From positions 1 through 13,233 of the IMG/VR virus record IMGVR_UViG_2713896898_000002: a DNA stretch of 13,233 nt. One strand, given 5' to 3'. Position numbers and translations under genes: made by a program. Positions 1 through 7,726 of the stretch are shown here, in pieces. The stretch comes from a virus. Lineage: Duplodnaviria > Heunggongvirae > Uroviricota > Caudoviricetes. The notes below the pieces were generated by a model that saw only the letters and a program-made list of their open reading frames with translations, had not been told where the DNA came from and searched no databases. The number at the start of each line of letters is the position of its first letter. The first letter of the stretch is position 1.

Positions 1-57
1 GGGCTGATGACTCGCCGTGAGATTGAGCGTGAAGTCTGTTTATGGGGGCAACAATGA
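1..57 (+). CDS. 3' end of an upstream lysis-cassette gene (probably the endolysin), partial
   Basis: Frame 1 is open from base 1 to a TGA at 55-57 ([18 protein letters not shown]). Its stop overlaps the Rz start as ATGA, the usual endolysin-Rz junction in lambdoid lysis cassettes. The C-terminus does not match lambda R as I recall it, so the family is unassigned. Confidence 0.4.
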   Translation, partial: GLMTRREIEREVCLWGQQ

Positions 58-521
58 GCAGAGTTACCGCGATTATCTCCACACTGGTTATCTGCATCAT
101 CGTCTGCCTGTTGTTGGCTGTTAATCATTACCGTGATAACGCCATCTCCTACAAAGAGCAGCGTGACAAAAACGCCAGAGAGTTGAAGCTGGCGAACGCC
201 ACCATCGCTGACATGCAGCAGCGTCAGCGTGATGTTGCTGTGCTCGATGCAAAGTACTCGAGAGAATTAGCCAATGCGAAAGCTGAAAATGAAACTCTGC
301 GCGCTGATGTTGCCGCTGGTCGTAAGCGCCTGCGGGTCAATGCCAGTTGCTCCGCAGCCGTGCGTGAAGCCACCGGACCCACCCGCGTGGATAATGCAAC
401 CAGCCCCCGACTGGAAGACACCGCTGAACGGGATTATTTCACCCTCAGAGAGCGGCTGATGACGATGCAGATGCAACTGGAAGGGGCACAGGAGTATATC
501 CGCACTCAGTGCATTAAGTAG
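54..521 (+). CDS. Rz: i-spanin (Rz), inner-membrane spanin subunit
   Basis: Translation [49 protein letters not shown]... has an N-terminal transmembrane segment followed by a coiled-coil periplasmic domain and is near-collinear with lambda Rz as recalled. ATG 54 overlaps the upstream stop; ATG 42 (MGATMSRV...) is an alternative start. Confidence 0.9.
   Translation: MSRVTAIISTLVICIIVCLLLAVNHYRDNAISYKEQRDKNARELKLANATIADMQQRQRDVAVLDAKYSRELANAKAENETLRADVAAGRKRLRVNASCSAAVREATGPTRVDNATSPRLEDTAERDYFTLRERLMTMQMQLEGAQEYIRTQCIK
274..459 (+). CDS. Rz1: o-spanin (Rz1), outer-membrane lipoprotein, embedded in the +1 frame of Rz
   Basis: 61-aa ORF lying wholly inside Rz in another frame. It has a signal peptide with lipobox LVVSAC and a proline-rich mature region ([32 protein letters not shown]) very similar to lambda Rz1 as recalled. 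Confidence 0.9.
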   Translation: MRKLKMKLCALMLPLVVSACGSMPVAPQPCVKPPDPPAWIMQPAPDWKTPLNGIISPSESG

Positions 522-563
522 CCTTTTTATCGTGGTAAACATTTCGCAGGGTATGAGGTATTT

Positions 564-914
564 ATGCCATCACTAATCCCACGCGCCTGCCGTAAGCGTG
601 GATGTGCAGGCACAACAACAGACAGTTCTGGTTACTGCGATAAACATCGTGGCGAAGGATGGGTACAGCATCAACGCGGACTGAGTCGCCACCAGCGTGG
701 CTATGGCTCGAAATGGGATGCCATACGTGCGCGCATACTGAAGCGTGATAATCATCTGTGTCAGAACTGCCTGCGCAATGGGAGAGCCGTTGAAGCCAGA
801 ACGGTGGACCACATCATTCCGAAAGCTCATGGTGGCACGGATGCAGACAGTAACCTGCAGAGTCTGTGCTGGCCCTGCCATAAAGCAAAAACAGCGCGCG
901 AACGCATCAATTGA
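564..914 (+). CDS. HNH endonuclease, terminase-associated (HK97 gp74-like)
   Basis: 116-aa protein with N-terminal Cys pairs (CRKRGC...YCDKH) and a C-terminal HNH motif (DHIIPKAHGG...NLQSLCWPCH). It sits directly upstream of the small terminase gene, as in HK97-like phages. An SD-like GAGGT lies 6 nt before the ATG. Confidence 0.9.
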   Translation: MPSLIPRACRKRGCAGTTTDSSGYCDKHRGEGWVQHQRGLSRHQRGYGSKWDAIRARILKRDNHLCQNCLRNGRAVEARTVDHIIPKAHGGTDADSNLQSLCWPCHKAKTARERIN

Positions 915-1062
915 TAACAGTTCCCATCTGCAGGGGAGGGGCGGGTCAAATCTCTGCAACCCAGGCTGCTCAGGACCGCCGCCTGACCCTTCCTCACATC
1001 GCCGCAGGTTCGAAAACTTTTTTTTGGAAATGTGATTAAACGATTGATAGGTAAAACCGATT
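915..1062. other. Candidate cos / packaging-initiation region between the HNH and small terminase genes
   Basis: 148-bp non-coding gap, the only sizeable one in the packaging module, with a G-rich tract (gcaggggaggggcgggtc), GC-rich direct-ish repeats (ccgccgcctg / cgccgcagg) and a T8 run at 1018-1025. The position matches where cos lies in HK97-like genomes. Positional inference only; no cos sequence was recognised. Confidence 0.3.
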
Positions 1063-1584
1063 ATGCCAGGACCCCCGAAAACCCCGCCACGCCTGCATTT
1101 GATACGAGGCAACCCAAAACCCCCGCCACGCCTGCATTTGATACGAGGCAACCCCTCAAAACGCCCCGTTAAAGACCCCAAAAAAACCGCTAAAAAGGAT
1201 GAAAAAGGTCTCCCTAAAATTCCGCAACATTTAGGGGCACAGGGGAAGTACTGGTTCAGGCGAATGGCGGAAGAATTGAATGCGGAAGGGATCATTTCTC
1301 AGCTTGATGCGCGTGCACTCGAGTTACTGGTGGAAGCCTACACCGAATACCGGCATCACTGCGAAACACTCGATGTTGAGGGTTATACCTACCGCACGGA
1401 AACGCAGAATGGCGATGTGATGATCAAGGCACATCCGGCTGCGGCGATGAAGGCGGATGCCTGGAAGCGGATCCGGGCGATGCTTGCAGAGTTTGGTATG
1501 TCACCGGCAAGCCGGGCTAAAGTAAATACCGCCGGACCGGATGATGTTGATCCACTGGCAGAGCTTTTAAAAGCGAGAGACTGA
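1063..1584 (+). CDS. Terminase small subunit (P27 family-like)
   Basis: 173-aa protein with the N-terminal motif L(H/K)LIRGNPSKRP typical of P27-family small terminases, followed by a basic region and a C-terminal helical domain. Its stop overlaps the large terminase start as TGATG. The N-terminal motif is present twice (see repeat). Confidence 0.85.
   Translation: MPGPPKTPPRLHLIRGNPKPPPRLHLIRGNPSKRPVKDPKKTAKKDEKGLPKIPQHLGAQGKYWFRRMAEELNAEGIISQLDARALELLVEAYTEYRHHCETLDVEGYTYRTETQNGDVMIKAHPAAAMKADAWKRIRAMLAEFGMSPASRAKVNTAGPDDVDPLAELLKARD
1077..1154 (+). repeat. Two-copy 39-bp tandem direct repeat inside the 5' end of the small terminase gene
   Basis: The 34-nt core ccccgccacgcctgcatttgatacgaggcaaccc occurs at 1082-1115 and again at 1121-1154 (period 39 bp, in frame). 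It encodes the duplicated peptide (T/P)PPRLHLIRGNP(K). Confidence 0.9.
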
Positions 1585-3341
1585 TGGCAAAAGTGGCTGA
1601 CGGGATCCGCTACGCCGAACGTGTTGTTGCAGGAGAAATTGTTGCTGGCGAATTTGTCCGTCTGGCCTGCCAGCGTTTTCTTGATGATCTGAAGTACGGC
1701 GAAGAGCGGGGGATTTATTTCAGTGAACCCCGTGCACAACACATCCTGAATTTCTATAAATTTGTGCCTCATGTAAAAGGGGCGCTGGCAGGCCAGCCCA
1801 TTGAGTTGATGGACTGGCATGTATTTATCCTCATTAATATTTTTGGCTTTGTCATTCCGCTGGTAAATGAAGAGACCGGGGAAGTTGTCATGCGCAGCGA
1901 TGGCAGCGGACGCCCGGTGATGGTGCGCCGGTTCCGGACGGCCTACAACGAAGTTGCCCGTAAAAACGCAAAATCAACCCTGTCATCGGGTATCGGCCTG
2001 TATATGACGGGGGCAGATGGTGAAGGCGGTGCTGAGGTGTATTCAGCCGCAACCACGCGTGACCAGGCCAGAATTGTGTTTGAAGACGCCAAAAATATGG
2101 TCAGAAAAGCCCGGTCGACACTCGGGCGATTGTTTGATTTCAACAAGCTGGCGATCTACCAGGAGCAGAGCGCATCAAAATTTGAACCGCTTTCCTCGGA
2201 TGCAAACAACCTGGACGGTCTGAACATCCACTGCGCCATTATTGATGAGCTGCATGCACATAAAACCCGCGACGTGTGGGACGTTCTGGAAACGGCAACC
2301 GGTGCCCGTCTGCAGTCCCTGTTATTTGGCATCACCACGGCTGGCTTTAACAAGGAAGGGATTTGTTACGAGCAACGCGATTACGCCATCAAGGTATTGC
2401 GAGGCTATAACAGCGACGTGGAGGGCGCGGTAAAAGACGACTCCTACTTTGCAATTATTTACACGCTCGATGAGGGAGATGATCCGTTTGATGAAACGGT
2501 CTGGCAGAAAGCGAATCCGGGCCTGGGCATCTGTAAGCGCTGGGATGATCTGCGTCGTCTGGCGAAAAAGGCGAAGGAGCAGGTCTCGGCGCGGGTGAAT
2601 TTTTTCACGAAACACATGAATGTGTGGGTCACTGCCGAATCTGCCTGGATGGACATGATTAAGTGGGAGAAGTGCGAATACATTGCTCCACAGCATGAGC
2701 TGAAAACATATCCCATGTGGGTCGGTGTAGACCTTGCTCATAAGATTGATATCTGTGCGGCGGCAAAACTCTGGCGAACCGATAACGGACATGTTCATGC
2801 CGATTTTAAATTCTGGCTTCCGGAAGGACGGCTGGAGCGGTGCTCGCGGCAGATGGCGGAGCTTTACCGGAAATGGGCGGAGATGGATAAGCTTATCCTG
2901 ACGGATGGTGATGTTATCGATCATGCTCAGATAAAAAGTGATTTACTGGAATGGATTGGTGGTGAAAACCTCAGGGAACTGGGATTTGACCCGTGGAGCG
3001 CAATGCAGTTCAGTCTGGCGCTGGCTGAAGAAGGGATACCGCTGGTGGAAGTTCCGCAGACGGTCCGCAATCTGTCAGAGGCCATGAAGGAAACGGAATC
3101 ACTGGTCTATGCCGGGCGTTTCCATCACAGCAATCACCCGGTTATGAACTGGATGATGTCTAACGTTACGGTAAAACCGGACAAAAACGACAATATCTTC
3201 CCGAATAAATCCACGCCTGAAGCCAAAATCGACGGCCCTGTTGCGCTTTTTACGGCCATGAGCCGCTTTCTGGTAAATGGCGGGGACGTGAATGACTTTC
3301 TGTCCACGCTTGATCCTGATGAGGACCTGTTAATTCTGTGA
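1584..3341 (+). CDS. Terminase large subunit
   Basis: 585-aa ORF in the expected position and of typical size. It carries a Walker A-like ATPase motif (the GADGEGG region) and a C-terminal nuclease-type region, and is start-coupled to the small terminase. Confidence 0.93.
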   Translation: MAKVADGIRYAERVVAGEIVAGEFVRLACQRFLDDLKYGEERGIYFSEPRAQHILNFYKFVPHVKGALAGQPIELMDWHVFILINIFGFVIPLVNEETGEVVMRSDGSGRPVMVRRFRTAYNEVARKNAKSTLSSGIGLYMTGADGEGGAEVYSAATTRDQARIVFEDAKNMVRKARSTLGRLFDFNKLAIYQEQSASKFEPLSSDANNLDGLNIHCAIIDELHAHKTRDVWDVLETATGARLQSLLFGITTAGFNKEGICYEQRDYAIKVLRGYNSDVEGAVKDDSYFAIIYTLDEGDDPFDETVWQKANPGLGICKRWDDLRRLAKKAKEQVSARVNFFTKHMNVWVTAESAWMDMIKWEKCEYIAPQHELKTYPMWVGVDLAHKIDICAAAKLWRTDNGHVHADFKFWLPEGRLERCSRQMAELYRKWAEMDKLILTDGDVIDHAQIKSDLLEWIGGENLRELGFDPWSAMQFSLALAEEGIPLVEVPQTVRNLSEAMKETESLVYAGRFHHSNHPVMNWMMSNVTVKPDKNDNIFPNKSTPEAKIDGPVALFTAMSRFLVNGGDVNDFLSTLDPDEDLLIL

Positions 3342-3499
3342 AACAGCTTATTACTGATATGACCGGGCTGATCGGTTTCGGTCTGCTCACTGCTGGCGTT
3401 TATCTGTATGCAGGTCTGCCAGCGTCTCTGATGTTGTCTGGCTGTTTGTTGCTGCTTTATGCACTGGTGGTGTCCATGAGGAGAAAACATGCTTCTTGA
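3338..3499 (+). CDS. Small hydrophobic ORF (53 aa from GTG 3338; 46 aa from ATG 3359), putative membrane protein
   Basis: Below the 60-aa cutoff of the ORF track. Translation VKQLITDMTGLIGFGLLTAGVYLYAGLPASLMLSGCLLLLYALVVSMRRKHAS* suggests two hydrophobic helices and a basic C-tail. GTG 3338 overlaps the large terminase stop as GTGA (coupling-type junction), and the 3' end overlaps the portal start by 11 nt. It fills an otherwise unexplained 147-nt gap. Confidence 0.35.
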   Translation: MKQLITDMTGLIGFGLLTAGVYLYAGLPASLMLSGCLLLLYALVVSMRRKHAS

Positions 3500-4715
3500 T
3501 GCTCTGTTTCGCAGTGAGCCTCTGGAAAATCCCTCGATTCCGGTAACCGGAGAGGCCGCTGAGACGGATAATATTTTTGCCCGGGAAGTGTATGTCAGTC
3601 CGGAAACATCCATGAAGCTGGCTGCTGTCTATGCCTGTATTTATGTTATTTCATCCAGTGTGGCTCAGATGCCCCTGCATGTGATGCGAAAAACGAATGA
3701 GCATGTTCAGCCGGCACGCGATCATCCGTTGTTCTGGCTCGTTCATGATGAACCTAATGCCTGGCAGACCAGCTATAAGTGGCGGGAACTGAAGCAGCGT
3801 CATGTGCTGGGGTGGGGCAATGGTTATACGTGGGTAAAACGCAATCGTCGTGGCGAGGTTACCAGCCTTGAATGCTGTATGCCATGGGAAACCACGTTAC
3901 TTAACACCGGTGGGCGTCATACTTACGGGGTGTATAACGAAGAGGGGGCATTTGCGGTAAGTCCGGACGACATGATCCATATCAGGGCGCTGGGAAACAA
4001 TCAGAAAATGGGACTGAGCCCGATCATGCAGCATGCTGAAACCATTGGTATGGGAATGAGTGGCCAGCAGTATACCAGCGCCTTTTTTAACGGTAATGCC
4101 CGTCCTGCCGGTATTATTTCTGTGAAAAATGAACTGAACGAACAGAGCTGGGGCAGGCTTAAAAATATGTGGCAGCGGGCGGTGACAGCGCTTCGCAGCC
4201 AGGAAAATAAAACCATGCTGCTGCCTGCGCAACTGGATTACCGCGCTCTGACAGTTTCTCCGGTGGATGCTCAGATCATTGATATGACCAAGCTGAACAG
4301 GTCGATGATTGCCGGGATTTTTAATGTCCCGGCGCACATGATTAATGACCTGGAAAAAGCCACATTTTCGAATATTACGCAGCAGGCGATTCAGTTTGTT
4401 CGCTACACGATGATGCCCTGGGTTGCGAACTGGGAGCAGGAGCTTAACCGTCGCCTGTTTACCCGTACAGAACGGGCTGCCGGGTATTACGTTCGTTTCA
4501 ACCTCACGGGGTTGCTCCGTGGGACCCCACAGGAGCGTGCGCAGTTCTATCACTTTGCCATTACAGATGGCTGGATGAGCCGGAATGAAGCCAGGGCATT
4601 TGAGGATATGAACCCGGTTGACGGTCTGGATGAAATGCTGGTCAGCGTAAATGCAGCAAATCCGTTGAATAACTTTAAAGATACAAAAGGCAAAGAGGAA
4701 AAGAACGATGAATGA
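3489..4715 (+). CDS. Portal protein (HK97 family)
   Basis: 408-aa ORF directly after the large terminase, of the size and character of HK97-family portals. SD AGGAG at 3478-3482 precedes the ATG; the 3' end overlaps the protease gene. Confidence 0.93.
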   Translation: MLLDALFRSEPLENPSIPVTGEAAETDNIFAREVYVSPETSMKLAAVYACIYVISSSVAQMPLHVMRKTNEHVQPARDHPLFWLVHDEPNAWQTSYKWRELKQRHVLGWGNGYTWVKRNRRGEVTSLECCMPWETTLLNTGGRHTYGVYNEEGAFAVSPDDMIHIRALGNNQKMGLSPIMQHAETIGMGMSGQQYTSAFFNGNARPAGIISVKNELNEQSWGRLKNMWQRAVTALRSQENKTMLLPAQLDYRALTVSPVDAQIIDMTKLNRSMIAGIFNVPAHMINDLEKATFSNITQQAIQFVRYTMMPWVANWEQELNRRLFTRTERAAGYYVRFNLTGLLRGTPQERAQFYHFAITDGWMSRNEARAFEDMNPVDGLDEMLVSVNAANPLNNFKDTKGKEEKNDE

Positions 4716-5307
4716 CCGTGAAACGCGCTGTTACAGCGGGGAGGTGCGGGCGGAACAATATGATAATGCCCCGACCCACATTCTGGGGTATGGCTCGGTA
4801 TTTAACAGTCGTTCAGAACCTCTGTGGGGATTTCGTGAAATCATCAAGCCGGGGGCTTTTGACGATGTACTGAATGATGATGTACGTGGCTTGTTTAATC
4901 ATGATCCTAATTTCATTCTCGGACGAAGTTCTGCCGGCACGTTGTCATTGTCGGTGGATGAACGCGGTTTACGTTATGACATTGTTGCACCGGATACTCC
5001 GACTATTTGTGACCTGGTGCTGTCTCCAATGTTGCGTGGTGACATTAATCAGTCCTCATTCGCGTTTCGTGTCGCCCGTGATGGAGAGAGCTGGTATGAA
5101 GACGACGAGGGGATTGTTATCCGGGAAATCACGCGCATTTCCCGTCTGTATGACGTCAGCCCGGTGACATATCCGGCCTATCAGGACGCAGACTCTGGTG
5201 TCCGCTCAATGAAAGCCTGGCAGGAAGCGCGGGCGAGTGGTGCGCTGAAGAAAGCTGTTAATGAACGAATGGCGCGTGAGCGCCTTTTGACCCTTCTGAA
5301 TGCATAA
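4708..5307 (+). CDS. Prohead maturation protease (HK97 family)
   Basis: 199-aa ORF between portal and capsid genes with HK97 prohead-protease-like sequence (e.g. ...GYGSVFN..., ...LFNHDPNFILGRS...) and the conserved HK97-type gene order. Confidence 0.88.
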   Translation: MNDRETRCYSGEVRAEQYDNAPTHILGYGSVFNSRSEPLWGFREIIKPGAFDDVLNDDVRGLFNHDPNFILGRSSAGTLSLSVDERGLRYDIVAPDTPTICDLVLSPMLRGDINQSSFAFRVARDGESWYEDDEGIVIREITRISRLYDVSPVTYPAYQDADSGVRSMKAWQEARASGALKKAVNERMARERLLTLLNA

Positions 5308-5321
5308 GGATACTACTGACG

Positions 5322-6539
5322 ATGAAACTTCATGAGATGAAGCAAAAACGAAACACCATTGCAAAGGATATGCGTGCACTGCATGAAAAAATTGGTGATA
5401 ACGCATGGACTGATGAGCAACGGGCAGAGTGGAACAGGGCGAAAGCTGAGCTGGATGCGCTGGATGAGCAAATCGCCCGTGAAGAAGAGTTGCGCCGTCA
5501 GGATCAGGCATATGTGGATGAGTCCGGGCCGGAAGAGCGCCAGAATAATGAGGCGGAGAACGGGAAAAAGGCGGTGGAAGAGAAGCGCGCTGCGGCATTT
5601 AACCGTTTTCTGCGTGCCGGATTTGCAGAACTGAATGCTGAAGAGCGTAATCTGATGCGTGAACTGCGGGCTCAGAGTGTAACAACGGATTCTCAGGGCG
5701 GATATACGGTGCCCACGCAGATGCGTAACAAAATCATTGACACCATGAAGGCTTATGGCGGGATTGCCAGTGTGGCGCAACTTCTGACCACGTCAACCGG
5801 GCAGGATATCACCTGGTCAACGTCTGACGGCACGACTGAAGAGGGCGAACTGCTGGCGGAAAATACAGCCGCAACGGAACAGGATGTGACGTTCGGGACT
5901 GCTATTCTGGGGGCTAAAAAGCTGTCATCAAAAATAATTCGTGTGTCCAATGAGCTGCTCCAGGACAGTGGGGTAGATATTGAATCTTATCTGGCAAACC
6001 GTATTGCCCAGCGTATTGGTCGTGGAGAGGCAAAATATCTGGTTCAGGGGACCGGAACGGGATCACCGTTACAGCCAAAAGGGCTGGCAGCGTCGGTGAC
6101 GGGAACTATCCAGACTGCAGCCTCTGCCGCTTTCACCTGGAAAGAAATGAATGCCCTGAAACATGCCATTGATCCGGCATATCGTGGTGGGCCGAAATAC
6201 CGCTGGGCATTCAATGATGCCACATTGCAGACTATTGAAGAGATGGAGGATGGACAGAAACGCCCGTTATGGCTGCCGGATATTGCAGGCGGTACGCCGG
6301 CTACTGTGCTGGGGATCCCTTATGTTATTGATCAGGCTATTGACGGGATTGGTACCGGGAAAAAATTCATTTTCCTGGGGGATTTCAACCGCTTTATCAT
6401 TCGCCGCGTTACTTATATGGAACTGAAACGTCTGGTTGAGCGTTATGCTGAGTTTGATCAGGTGGCATTTCTGGCTTTCCATCGTTTTGACTGTGTGCTG
6501 GAAGATGTGGCAGCCATTAAGGCGCTTACTGGCAAATAA
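5322..6539 (+). CDS. Major capsid protein (HK97 fold) with N-terminal delta/scaffold domain
   Basis: 405-aa ORF. The first ~110 residues are highly charged, coiled-coil-like (EQRAEWNRAKAELDALDEQIAREEELRRQ...), as in the HK97 gp5 delta domain; the remainder resembles an HK97-type capsid protein. It follows the protease gene. Confidence 0.93.
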   Translation: MKLHEMKQKRNTIAKDMRALHEKIGDNAWTDEQRAEWNRAKAELDALDEQIAREEELRRQDQAYVDESGPEERQNNEAENGKKAVEEKRAAAFNRFLRAGFAELNAEERNLMRELRAQSVTTDSQGGYTVPTQMRNKIIDTMKAYGGIASVAQLLTTSTGQDITWSTSDGTTEEGELLAENTAATEQDVTFGTAILGAKKLSSKIIRVSNELLQDSGVDIESYLANRIAQRIGRGEAKYLVQGTGTGSPLQPKGLAASVTGTIQTAASAAFTWKEMNALKHAIDPAYRGGPKYRWAFNDATLQTIEEMEDGQKRPLWLPDIAGGTPATVLGIPYVIDQAIDGIGTGKKFIFLGDFNRFIIRRVTYMELKRLVERYAEFDQVAFLAFHRFDCVLEDVAAIKALTGK

Positions 6540-6557
6540 CCACACGTTGTTCTGTTA

Positions 6558-6583
6558 CAGACCGCGCCGACGCGGTTTTTTTA
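6558..6583 (+). terminator. Intrinsic terminator-like hairpin downstream of the capsid gene
   Basis: Stem accgcg (6561-6566), loop ccga, stem cgcggt (6571-6576), followed by a T7 run (6576-6582), 22 nt after the capsid stop codon. Confidence 0.6.
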
Positions 6584-6584
6584 T

Positions 6585-6604
6585 GCCCGCACAGTGTTGC
6601 GGGC
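6585..6604 (+). promoter_or_regulatory. Second hairpin abutting the Shine-Dalgarno of the head-tail connector gene
   Basis: gcccgca (6585-6591), loop cagtgt, tgcgggc (6598-6604). The SD AGGAG (6605-6609) follows immediately, with the ATG at 6616. Confidence 0.4.
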
Positions 6605-6615
6605 AGGAGTTTCTG

Positions 6616-6933
6616 ATGGCAGCAATAGTTGAAAAACTCAGGGCGCAGTGCCGTATTGATACAGATGATGCAACTGATGATGAGTTACTGATGCTGTATT
6701 TCCGGGCGGCCTGCCGCAAGGCAGAAAATTTTATCAACCGTAAGCTTTATGAGGAGACGGTGCCGGAAGGTGATCCTGAAGGGGTGCTTATAGCTGATGA
6801 TGTTTTGCTGGCGCTCATGTTGCTGGTCGGACACTGGTACGAAAACCGGGAAAATTCCTCAGATGTCAGCAAGGCACCAGTCCCGTTTGGTTTTTCTTCT
6901 CTGCTGGAGCCTTATCGTTTTATTCCTTTGTAG
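6616..6933 (+). CDS. Head-tail connector protein (gp6-like)
   Basis: 105 aa from ATG 6616, with SD AGGAG 6 nt upstream. The track ORF beginning at 6436 overlaps the capsid gene and terminator and is not the true start. The sequence (...DELLMLYFRAACRKAENFINRKL...LLALMLLVGHWYENRE...) fits the gp6-like connector family pattern. Confidence 0.8.
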   Translation: MAAIVEKLRAQCRIDTDDATDDELLMLYFRAACRKAENFINRKLYEETVPEGDPEGVLIADDVLLALMLLVGHWYENRENSSDVSKAPVPFGFSSLLEPYRFIPL

Positions 6934-6941
6934 GAGGAACC

Positions 6942-7280
6942 ATGCAGGCGGGCAGATTACGTGATCGTGTGGTTATTCTGAATGCCACCACCGTTCGGTC
7001 TCCGTCAGGGCACCCTGTGGAAACAATGACGGAGGGGGCAACCATATGGGCAGAAGTTAAGGGGATCAGTGGCAGGGAGAGAATATCCGGAGGCGCAGAA
7101 ACAGCTCAGGCTACAGTGAGGGTCTGGATGAGATTCCGGCGAGATGTAACAGCAACTTCATGTCTGAAAGTGCTGACTGGTGCATTCAAAGGCGCGATTC
7201 TGAGTATAGACGGTCCGCCGATACCGGATGCCCGTGCCACACGGCTTGAGATACTCTGTTCTCAGAAGGGGAATGTGTGA
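6942..7280 (+). CDS. Head closure / head-tail adaptor protein (SPP1 gp16-like)
   Basis: 112-aa ORF (MQAGRLRDRVVILNATTVRSPSGHPVETMTEGATIWAEVKGISGRE...) matching the typical pattern of head-tail joining proteins. Position is conserved. Confidence 0.75.
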   Translation: MQAGRLRDRVVILNATTVRSPSGHPVETMTEGATIWAEVKGISGRERISGGAETAQATVRVWMRFRRDVTATSCLKVLTGAFKGAILSIDGPPIPDARATRLEILCSQKGNV

Positions 7281-7726
7281 TGGATTTCAGTCTTGATTTT
7301 TCAGGTCTGGCGGATATTGCACGGGATCTGGAGACGCTCAGCAGGGCAGAAAACAATAAGGTTCTGCGCGATGCCACCCGTGCCGGTGCTGAAGTTATGC
7401 GGGATGCAGTTGTTGAACGTGCGCCGGAGCGAACCGGGAAACTGAAGAAAAATGTGGTTGTTCTCACGCAGCGTTCAAAGCGTCGGGGAGAAATTATCTC
7501 GGGTGTCCACATTCGCGGACGGAACCTGCGAACCGGAAACAGTGATAACAGCATGAAAGCCAGCGATCCCCGAAATGCGTTTTACTGGCGCTTTGTGGAG
7601 CTGGGAACGATAAACATGCCCGCGCATCCATTCATTCGCCCGGCTTTCGATACGACAGAGGAGCTGGCGGCGCAGGTTGCCATACAGCGAATGAATCAGG
7701 CTATTGATGAGGTCTTAAGTAAATGA
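7277..7726 (+). CDS. HK97 gp10-family neck / tail-component protein
   Basis: 149-aa ORF whose start overlaps the upstream stop (GTGATG). Contains a ...RAPERTGKLKKN... motif and a C-terminal ...AHPFIRPA... motif typical of HK97-gp10-like proteins. Confidence 0.75.
   Translation: MMDFSLDFSGLADIARDLETLSRAENNKVLRDATRAGAEVMRDAVVERAPERTGKLKKNVVVLTQRSKRRGEIISGVHIRGRNLRTGNSDNSMKASDPRNAFYWRFVELGTINMPAHPFIRPAFDTTEELAAQVAIQRMNQAIDEVLSK

Noticed and set aside
745-1035. 96-aa plus-strand ORF overlapping the 3' half of the HNH gene in another frame and extending into the intergenic region
   Set aside because: Out-of-frame overlap with a strongly supported HNH CDS. The product is Cys/Arg/Pro-rich, characteristic of an alternative-frame read. 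The only part outside the HNH gene is the G-rich putative cos region.
573-1295. 240-aa minus-strand ORF spanning the HNH gene, the intergenic region and the start of the small terminase gene
   Set aside because: It is entirely antisense to well-supported genes. Its translation is low-complexity (Gly/Arg/Pro-rich, including a repeated LPRIKCRRGG that is the reverse-complement shadow of the 39-bp tandem repeat) and there is no plausible SD. It looks like a typical shadow ORF.
1389-1820. 143-aa minus-strand ORF across the small/large terminase junction
   Set aside because: Antisense to two conserved terminase genes with no independent support; shadow ORF.
2322-2924. 200-aa minus-strand ORF inside the large terminase gene
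   Set aside because: Antisense shadow ORF in a GC-balanced coding region. The sense strand encodes a recognisable large terminase across the same span.
3897-4553. 218-aa minus-strand ORF inside the portal gene
   Set aside because: Antisense to the portal CDS. The product is Arg/His-rich with no recognisable domain; shadow ORF.
5313-5780. 155-aa minus-strand ORF and the 5359-5634 plus-strand ORF overlapping the capsid delta-domain region
   Set aside because: Both overlap the major capsid gene out of frame or antisense. The biased codon composition of the charged delta domain (GAA/GAG/CGT-rich) spuriously opens alternative frames.
7186-7554. 122-aa minus-strand ORF overlapping the head closure and gp10-like genes
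   Set aside because: Antisense; Arg/Ser-rich low-complexity product; no SD; the sense genes are well supported.
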